In this document: positions 57,797 to 64,000 of the stretch, one piece after another | Layout of the letters: each line of letters begins with the position of its first letter | Numbering within the stretch: the first letter of the stretch is position 1 | Assembly (NCBI GenBank): GCA_041687695.1 | Contig: JAWLBL010000011.1 | Coordinates: 32,001-96,000 of the forward strand | Reading direction: 5' to 3' | DNA length: 64,000 bases | Source: Myxococcota bacterium | GTDB lineage: Bacteria; Myxococcota_A; UBA9042; PHBI01; JAWLBL01 | Translations under genes and position numbers: made by a program | Notes under the pieces: model-generated | Seen by the model: only the letters and a program-made list of their open reading frames with translations | What the model was told of the DNA's origin: nothing | The model's database searches: none

Positions 57797-58855
57797 ATGG
57801 CCTCTAAACACGCGATCGGACTGGACATCGGATCCAGCTCCATCAAAATCATCCAGCTCTCGTCCGACCGAAAGGGCGTGTATCTCAACGCCTTCGACAT
57901 GGCGATGCTGCCGCCCGAGACGGTCGTCGACGGCGCGCTCATGAACTTCACGGCCATCGTCGAGAAGGTCAAAGAGCTGGTGAGCGCCTCGAAGCTGCGC
58001 AATCGGGAGGTCGCCTTCTCGATCAGCGGCAACGCGGTCATCATCAAGAAGATCAGCCTGCCGGAGATGACCCCGGACGAGCTCGACGAGTCCATCCAGT
58101 GGGAGGCCGAGCAGTACATCCCGTTCGACATCAAGGATGTGAACGTGGACGTGCAGATCCTCAACCCCCGCGCCGGGCAGGGGCAGATGGACGTGCTGCT
58201 GGTCGCCGCCAAGAAGGACGTCATCCAGGACTACATGTCCGTCATCGCCGAGGCGGGCCTCAAGCCCGTCGTCGCCGACGTCGACACCTTCACCATCCAG
58301 AACAGCTTCGAGCTCAACTACGGCTTCCCGCCCAACGAGACCATCGCCCTCGTCAACGTCGGCGCCTCGGTCATCAACATCAACGTCGTCAACAACGGCA
58401 TCACGACGTTCACCCGCGACATCTCGATGGGCGGCGGGCTGCTCACGAGCGAGATCCAAAAGCACCTCAACGTCTCGTACGAAGAGGCCGAGCACTACAA
58501 GACGGCGGGTGAGGGCAACATCACCAACAACACCATCGCCCGCGAGGTGCAGCGCCTGAGCGAGCGCGTCTCGCAGTCGCTGGTCCTCGAGGTGCAGCGC
58601 TCGCTCGACTTCTTCGCCGCGACCACGGTCAACGCCGACGTCTCGAAGATCTACCTGTCGGGCGGCTCGGCGCAGATCCCGCCGCTCGTCCGCACGCTCG
58701 AGCGCAGCCTCGAGGTGCCGGTCGAGGTGGTCAACCCCTTCAAGAACATCATCATCGACCCGAAGAAGTTCGACGTGGATCTGCTGCACCGGATGGCGCC
58801 CGTCGCGGCGGTCGCGGTCGGGCTCGGGCTGCGCAAGATGGGGGACAAGCAGTGA
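57797..58855 (+). CDS. pilM: Type IV pilus assembly protein PilM
   Basis: IGLDIGSSSIK, WEAEQYIPFDIKDV, VLLVAAKKD, EVQRSLDFF, IYLSGGSA, VAVGLGLR. Confidence 0.96.
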   Translation: MASKHAIGLDIGSSSIKIIQLSSDRKGVYLNAFDMAMLPPETVVDGALMNFTAIVEKVKELVSASKLRNREVAFSISGNAVIIKKISLPEMTPDELDESIQWEAEQYIPFDIKDVNVDVQILNPRAGQGQMDVLLVAAKKDVIQDYMSVIAEAGLKPVVADVDTFTIQNSFELNYGFPPNETIALVNVGASVININVVNNGITTFTRDISMGGGLLTSEIQKHLNVSYEEAEHYKTAGEGNITNNTIAREVQRLSERVSQSLVLEVQRSLDFFAATTVNADVSKIYLSGGSAQIPPLVRTLERSLEVPVEVVNPFKNIIIDPKKFDVDLLHRMAPVAAVAVGLGLRKMGDKQ

Positions 58856-59667
58856 TACGCATCAACCTGTTGCCCCAGGACAAGGGGCGGCGCAGCGCCA
58901 AGGGCGCGGGCAAGGGCGGGGCCAACGCGCTGCTGGTCTTCGCCATGCTGCTGGCCGTCGTCGAGGTCGCGGCCCTGATGATGTGGAAGGGCGACCTCGA
59001 GGAGCAGCTGTCGAAGGCGACCAGCCAGGCCCAGATGGCCGAGCAGCGCCAGCAGAAGCTGCAGAAGGCCAAGCGCATGCTCGAGGAGCGTGAGCAGGCC
59101 AAGCTCGAGCTGAGCAAGCAGAACCTCATCTTCGAGCGCCTCAAGGCCGACAAGACCGGCCCCTCGGAGATGCTGCAGTTCATCAGCTACGTCCTGACGA
59201 AGAAGGACGACAACCTCTACACGCGCAGCGAGATCAACGAGCAGGAGGCGGCCGGCTGGCTGCCGAACTGGAACCCGGACAACCTGTGGCTGGGCCAGAT
59301 CGAGCAGAAGGACAGCGACGTCACCCTCGAGGGCTACGCGCGCAGCCACGAGGACGTCGCCGAGTTCTCGCGCCGCCTCGACACCGGGCCGTACCTGTAC
59401 TGCATCGACGTCAAGCTCCTCGTGCGCGTCAAGAACGAGGACTTCCCCGACATCGAGCTCATCAAGTTCGAGATCTCCGCGCAGTTCAACCCGAGCCAGG
59501 ACGCCACCGTGAAGATGGCGCGCGGCGACATGCCCGAGTGCCTCGACGCCCTGGTCGAGGCGCACCTGGCGGCGCAGCCCAAGCCGGCCGCCGGCCCCAA
59601 GGGTGACGGCGCCAAGGACGGCAAGGACGGCGCCCAGGACGACAAGAAGAAGGGAGGCAAGGGCTGA
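58852..59667 (+). CDS. pilN: Type IV pilus assembly protein PilN
   Basis: MIRINLLP motif, TM segment, coiled coil, LWL...VTLEGYARS. Confidence 0.92.
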   Translation: MIRINLLPQDKGRRSAKGAGKGGANALLVFAMLLAVVEVAALMMWKGDLEEQLSKATSQAQMAEQRQQKLQKAKRMLEEREQAKLELSKQNLIFERLKADKTGPSEMLQFISYVLTKKDDNLYTRSEINEQEAAGWLPNWNPDNLWLGQIEQKDSDVTLEGYARSHEDVAEFSRRLDTGPYLYCIDVKLLVRVKNEDFPDIELIKFEISAQFNPSQDATVKMARGDMPECLDALVEAHLAAQPKPAAGPKGDGAKDGKDGAQDDKKKGGKG

Positions 59668-60440
59668 TGGACAAGTTCAACGCCCAGCCGATCCACGTCA
59701 GGATCGCGGTCATCCTGGTGGCCCTCGCCGCCCTCGGGGCGGGCACCTACTTCAGCCTGGTCGAGGAGATCGAGCAGGGCATCACCGCCCAGACCTCCAA
59801 GGCCAAGAAGGCTCAGGACGAGGCCGAGAAGCTCGAGAAGCAGTACGGCGACACGGCGCTGCTCGAGGCGCTCGAGAAGGAGGAGGCGGATCTGCGCGCC
59901 CAGCTCGAGGCCAACAAAGAGCTGCTGCCGACCGAGGGCCGCATCCCCTCGCTCATCAGCGCCCTGCAGCGCGAGGCGAACGACCGCGGGCTGAAGATCA
60001 ACAAGTTCAAGCCGGGCTCGCGCGAGGTCGACGACTACCTGGCGCGCATCCCGGTCGAGATGACGGTCGAGACGACCTACCCGGTCCTCATCAGCTTCTT
60101 CACGGCCCTGGCGCAGCCCGGCATGCGCATGATGACCGTCAAGGATCTGAAGCTCAAGGCGCTGCCGATGAAGGACTTCATCGACAAGACCAAGCTCCGG
60201 GACTCGGCCAAGGTCAGCCAGCCGCTGACCGCGTCGAACGCGGATCCGACGGCCCGCGCCCGCGAGAACTACGCGGCGGTGGCGGCGCTGCTGGCCATGC
60301 TCGACGCCTATGACGAGGCGGTGAAGCGCTCGCGCATCGAGGCGAGCTTCGTCGTCAACGCCTACAGCTACACCGGGCGGCCGCTGAGCCCCGAGGAGCT
60401 GCTGGCGCGCAACAAGAAGAAAGCGAAGCGGCGGCGGTAG
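59667..60440 (+). CDS. pilO: Type IV pilus assembly protein PilO
   Basis: TM segment, coiled coil, LLPTEGRIPSLI, YLARIPVEM; position after pilN. Confidence 0.9.
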   Translation: MDKFNAQPIHVRIAVILVALAALGAGTYFSLVEEIEQGITAQTSKAKKAQDEAEKLEKQYGDTALLEALEKEEADLRAQLEANKELLPTEGRIPSLISALQREANDRGLKINKFKPGSREVDDYLARIPVEMTVETTYPVLISFFTALAQPGMRMMTVKDLKLKALPMKDFIDKTKLRDSAKVSQPLTASNADPTARARENYAAVAALLAMLDAYDEAVKRSRIEASFVVNAYSYTGRPLSPEELLARNKKKAKRRR

Positions 60441-60449
60441 GAGCCCATC

Positions 60450-61235
60450 ATGACCCACCAGCGCATCCCCAAGATCGTCCGTGTCGTCGCGTTCGGGCTG
60501 GCCGTGTCCCTCGGGACCGCGGCCTGCGGCGGCGGCGACGAGCCCAACAGCCGGGGCAAGACCGCCGACGAGCTGCGCGCCGAGCGCGACGCCCAGCTGG
60601 CGAAGATGGGCAAGGGCAAGGCCGCCCAGACCGCCCAGGGCGACATGGCCGAGGTGATCTCGCTGCCGCTGCCCAAGCCCGGCTGGAAGCAGTCCATCCA
60701 GCCGTACTTCTCGCAGTATCTGACGCAGCGCTCCGCGACGCCGAAGAACGTCTTCGAGACGCAGGTCCTCGCCATCGTCCCGCGGCCCAAGCTCGAGGAG
60801 CCCGAGACCGAGGAGCGGCCCACCGAGATCGTCGAGGTGGCCGAGGAGGAGCGCGGGCCGCTGCAGCAGTATCCGCTCAAGGACTACAAGCTGCTGCTGG
60901 TCATGAGCGGCACGGCCATCCCCAAGGCGGTCGTCGTCGACCCCAAGGGGCAGGCGTTCATCCTCCAGCAGGACACGCGCATCGGCAACCGCGGCGGCAT
61001 CGTCGAGTCGGTGACGCAGTACATGGTCGTCGTGCGCGAGCCCGACAGCGACAAGCCCATCAAGATGACCATCAAGCCGCCCTACATCGATCTCGCCTCG
61101 CAGCCCGAGATCGCCGAGGAGTCCGTGCCCGCGGGCGGCTTCGTCGTCCCGAGCGCCATCCTGGGCGGCGAGCGCCCCGCCGGCGCGGGCGTGGCTCCGG
61201 CCTCGCCGGGCTTCCGGCCGGTGACGCCAGAGTAG
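60450..61235 (+). CDS. pilP: Type IV pilus assembly lipoprotein PilP
   Basis: Lipobox GTAAC; PLQQYPLKDYKL...KAVVVDPKG...IGNRGGIV. Confidence 0.88.
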   Translation: MTHQRIPKIVRVVAFGLAVSLGTAACGGGDEPNSRGKTADELRAERDAQLAKMGKGKAAQTAQGDMAEVISLPLPKPGWKQSIQPYFSQYLTQRSATPKNVFETQVLAIVPRPKLEEPETEERPTEIVEVAEEERGPLQQYPLKDYKLLLVMSGTAIPKAVVVDPKGQAFILQQDTRIGNRGGIVESVTQYMVVVREPDSDKPIKMTIKPPYIDLASQPEIAEESVPAGGFVVPSAILGGERPAGAGVAPASPGFRPVTPE

Positions 61236-61260
61236 GCCGAGAGCGCGGCCTGCCGATCCG

Positions 61261-61295
61261 AACGCCGGGGTCCCGAACGGGGCTCCGGCGTTTTT
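61261..61295 (+). terminator. Rho-independent terminator after pilP
   Basis: aacgccggggtcccgaacggggctccggcgttttt: stem-loop followed by a U tract. Confidence 0.75.
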
Positions 61296-61622
61296 GCGTC
61301 CAAGAGTGCCTCGGATCTCGCGAGATCGGCGCCCCGCCCGCCTGACATGTCGCATCGACGTCGGCGAAGGCAGGACCGTGGAGTGCTCCGGCTTGCCGGA
61401 GCCCGGAATCGGCGCAGCTCGCTGCGCCGGGACCGCGACGAAGTTCCGACGGCAAGCCGCCGGTGTCGGGGCGCGGACCCCGCTGGGCAAGCTCGCGCAC
61501 TCGGCCAGTTGCGACACCGGCCGCCGGTCGGCGGGCCGAGGCACACTCGGACGGCGCGCGTGCGGCTGGGGGGCGGGATGGGCGGCCTGAAGACGCCTCG
61601 CGCGCCGGATCGCGGTGCCCAG

Positions 61623-61930
61623 CTCCACCCGGAGACGACACGCGGGTCGTTCCGCGGTGGAAGAGGGGGCCGGAGAGCGGGTCATCGTCTCGTTCCGTGA
61701 CGCCCTCTTCCACCTGAGAGGCACACGCGTGTCGTTCGTTGGTGGAGGAGGGGGCCGAAAACGGGTCGTCGTCTCGTTCCGTGACGCCCTTTTCCACCTG
61801 AGAGGCACACGCGTGTCGTTCGTTGGTGGAGGAGGGGGCCGAAAACGGGTCGTCGTCTCGTTCCGAGACGCCCCTCTCCACCTGAGAGGCACACGCGTGT
61901 CGTTCGCCGGTGGAGGAGGGGGGGCCGGAA
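61623..61930. repeat. 84-bp tandem repeat (~3.6 copies) with internal hairpin
   Basis: tccacctgagaggcacacgcgtgtcgttcg..ggtggaggaggggg at 61709, 61793 and 61877, plus a degenerate copy at 61624. Confidence 0.9.
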
Positions 61931-62067
61931 ACCTCCGAGCGCCCACCCGAGATCGACTTTTTTGACCGCCCCGGAAACCCCTCCGAATAATCCGCCCGGA
62001 GTCGTGGCCGCAGGGGGGCATCAGGCCAGCGATTACGACTCGTACGAATCTACCCAGGAGTCGACCG

Positions 62068-64000
62068 ATGACCCGCGACATCCACCCCCTCTGGTCTCAG
62101 CCGATCGCGGCGGTGACCGCGCTGACCACCGCGTGGGGCCTGGTCGTGGCAGCCCCGCAAGAGGTCCGCGCCGCCGAGCCCGACGTGGCCAACGCGATCC
62201 GCGCCGTCGAGGTGGACGAGCAGTCCGACCGAACGGTGATCCGCGTCGAGGCGGCGAGCCGCCCGACCTTCACCGTGTTCAAGCTGAGCGATCCGATGCG
62301 GCTGTTCATCGACATCGTCGACGGCGACGTGTCGGCGATCGCGGCGGCGACGGACGTGCGCAACGGGGTCGTGGCGCGGATCACGGCGCAGCAGCAGACG
62401 GCCGGCGACGCGACCATCGGGCGGCTGGTCATCGGCTTCGATCAGGACGCCAGCTACGACATCCGCACCGAGGGGGCGACCCTGCTGGTGATCGTGGACG
62501 GGGCGGGGCGCACGCGGCCGGATCTGCGGCTCAAGGCGGCCGAGGCCGAGGCGCAGCGGATCGAGAAGGCCCTCGAGCGCGAGCGGCAGCTGCTGGCGCA
62601 GCTCAAGGCGGCGCGGCTCGAGGAGGAGCGGCTGCAGCGCCAGGCCGTAGCGGCGCGCGGGCAGGAGGAGAGCCTGACCCAGCAGGTGCAGTCGGCGCGG
62701 GCCGAGGCCGAGCGGCTGAGCGACATCGCGCGCATCGAGGCCGATCGGATGATGAAGGAGCTCGAGGCGCTCAAGAAGAAGCGCTCGCTCGAGCAGGAGA
62801 AGGCGGACGCGCTGGCGCGGGCCATCGAGGCCGACACGGCGCGCAAGGCGGCGCTGGTCGAGGAGCGCAAGGCGGCCGAGAAGCTGAAGGCGGCCACCGA
62901 GCGGGCGCTCGAGCAGGAGAAGGCGCGCCTGGCGGCGATCGGGGCGGCCCAGAAGCGGGCCGAGGCCGAGCGCGAGGCGGCGGTGGCGGCGGTCAAGGCG
63001 GCGCGCGAGCGCGAGGCGGCGGCCCAGCGGGTGAGCGAGGCCAAAGCGCGCGGCGAGTCGGCCCGGATCCGCGAGCTGAGCGTCGAGCTGCAAAAGCGCG
63101 AGGAGGCGCTGACCCGAGCGAACACCACGCTGACCAAGCACCAGAAGGCGCTGGAGGAGGCGCAGCTGGCGCAGGCGCAGGCCGAGGCGCGGCTGAAGAA
63201 GGCCAACGACGACAAGCTCGCGCGGGAGGCCGAGCGGCGCCAGGCGGCCGAGGAGGCGCTGGCGATGGAGCGGACGCGGGTCAAGGCGCTGCAGGAGGCG
63301 CTGGCGGCCAAGGACTCGGTCGAGGCCAGGCGGCGGGCGCAGATCACGGGCGCGAGCGACCGGGCGCAGCAGCAGCTGGCGGAGCTCGAGCGCAAGCTCG
63401 AGGCGCAGCGCAAGTCGGTGGCGGCGGCGCAGGAGCAGACCGAGGTCGAGCAGGCGCGCATCGCGCTGCTCAAGGACCAGCTCGAGAGCGAGCAGGCGAG
63501 CCTCGAGCGGCTCCGAAAGGAGCGGGCGGGCGAGGAGGCGCGGGTCGCGACCCTGAAGCAGGAGGTCGCCGGGCTCGAGAAGGCGCGGCAGGCGGCGATC
63601 GAGGCGCGGGTGCAGGCCGAGGCGATGCGCAAGGCCGAGGAGGCGCGCAACGCGGAGGCGGCGCGGCAGGCCGGGCAGGCGCTGAAGAAGGTGGCGGACG
63701 CCGAGCGGCAGGCGGCCGAGGCGGTCAAGAAGGCCGAGGCGGCGCGGCGTGAGGCGGCGAAGGCCGAGGCGCGCGGGGACGCGGCGGCGGCGGCGGCGGT
63801 GGCGCGGGCCAACGAGGCCGAGCGCAAGGCGAGCGAGGCCGAGGCGCGGGCGCGTGAGGCGGCGGCCGGCGAGCAGCGGGCGCGGCAGGCGGCGCAGCGC
63901 GAGGCGGCCGAGGCGGCGCGGCGGGCGGCGGAGGCCGAGCAGAAGCTGGCGGCGGCCGAGCGGCGGGCGCAGGAGCTGGCGGAGGCGGCCGGCAAGACGG
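62068..64000 (+). CDS. pilQ: AMIN-domain protein with very long coiled coil; probable PilQ secretin N-terminus (partial)
   Basis: AGGAG RBS, ATG 62068, signal peptide, PTFTVFKLSDPMRLFIDI (AMIN), then an open E/A/R/K/Q-rich frame to the window end; position after pilP. The secretin domain is not visible. Confidence 0.65.
   Translation, partial: MTRDIHPLWSQPIAAVTALTTAWGLVVAAPQEVRAAEPDVANAIRAVEVDEQSDRTVIRVEAASRPTFTVFKLSDPMRLFIDIVDGDVSAIAAATDVRNGVVARITAQQQTAGDATIGRLVIGFDQDASYDIRTEGATLLVIVDGAGRTRPDLRLKAAEAEAQRIEKALERERQLLAQLKAARLEEERLQRQAVAARGQEESLTQQVQSARAEAERLSDIARIEADRMMKELEALKKKRSLEQEKADALARAIEADTARKAALVEERKAAEKLKAATERALEQEKARLAAIGAAQKRAEAEREAAVAAVKAAREREAAAQRVSEAKARGESARIRELSVELQKREEALTRANTTLTKHQKALEEAQLAQAQAEARLKKANDDKLAREAERRQAAEEALAMERTRVKALQEALAAKDSVEARRRAQITGASDRAQQQLAELERKLEAQRKSVAAAQEQTEVEQARIALLKDQLESEQASLERLRKERAGEEARVATLKQEVAGLEKARQAAIEARVQAEAMRKAEEARNAEAARQAGQALKKVADAERQAAEAVKKAEAARREAAKAEARGDAAAAAAVARANEAERKASEAEARAREAAAGEQRARQAAQREAAEAARRAAEAEQKLAAAERRAQELAEAAGKT

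Noticed and set aside
61623..61930. Possible CRISPR array
   Set aside because: Whole 84-bp units repeat with no unique spacers, and there are no cas genes.

Overview
Very GC-rich chromosomal window (70%+ by eye) that looks like a Myxococcota/deltaproteobacterial genome, judging from the split F0 atp operon, the signal-peptide-like AtpE, DUF6178, UPF0262 and the pil cluster. Housekeeping and stress genes: ComEC-type MBL lipoprotein (partial), TPR-gluzincin peptidase, acyl-CoA dehydrogenase, holB-tatD, GST, a fatty acid desaturase opposite an OmpR-type two-component system, DUF2267 x2, Hsp20 x2, tldD/tldE, serA, MscS, alr, atpZIBE, and a deoxynucleoside kinase. A type IV pilus region follows: GT-C glycosyltransferase, pilD, histidine kinase, then a sigma54 regulator, pilMNOP and a probable pilQ that runs off the window end. 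The most striking element is a minus-strand module at about 17.5-34 kb. It comprises an Afp15/Pvc15-like AAA+ ATPase with two intact ATPase domains, a 3217-aa DUF4157 protein built of ~75-aa beta-rich repeats with a 677-aa super-repeat (preceded by a sigma54-type promoter), a Lys/Ala/Pro-rich partner, and TldD/TldE. No phage-tail genes are present in the window. Other oddities: a ~1-kb single-gene islet bounded by a perfect 47-bp duplication of the kinase 3' end, two non-CRISPR repeat arrays, a possible inversion separating a kinase from its regulator, and an AMIN protein with a ~490-aa coiled coil. No rRNA, tRNA, CRISPR array or transposase was recognised. All family calls come from motif recognition by eye, not database searches.
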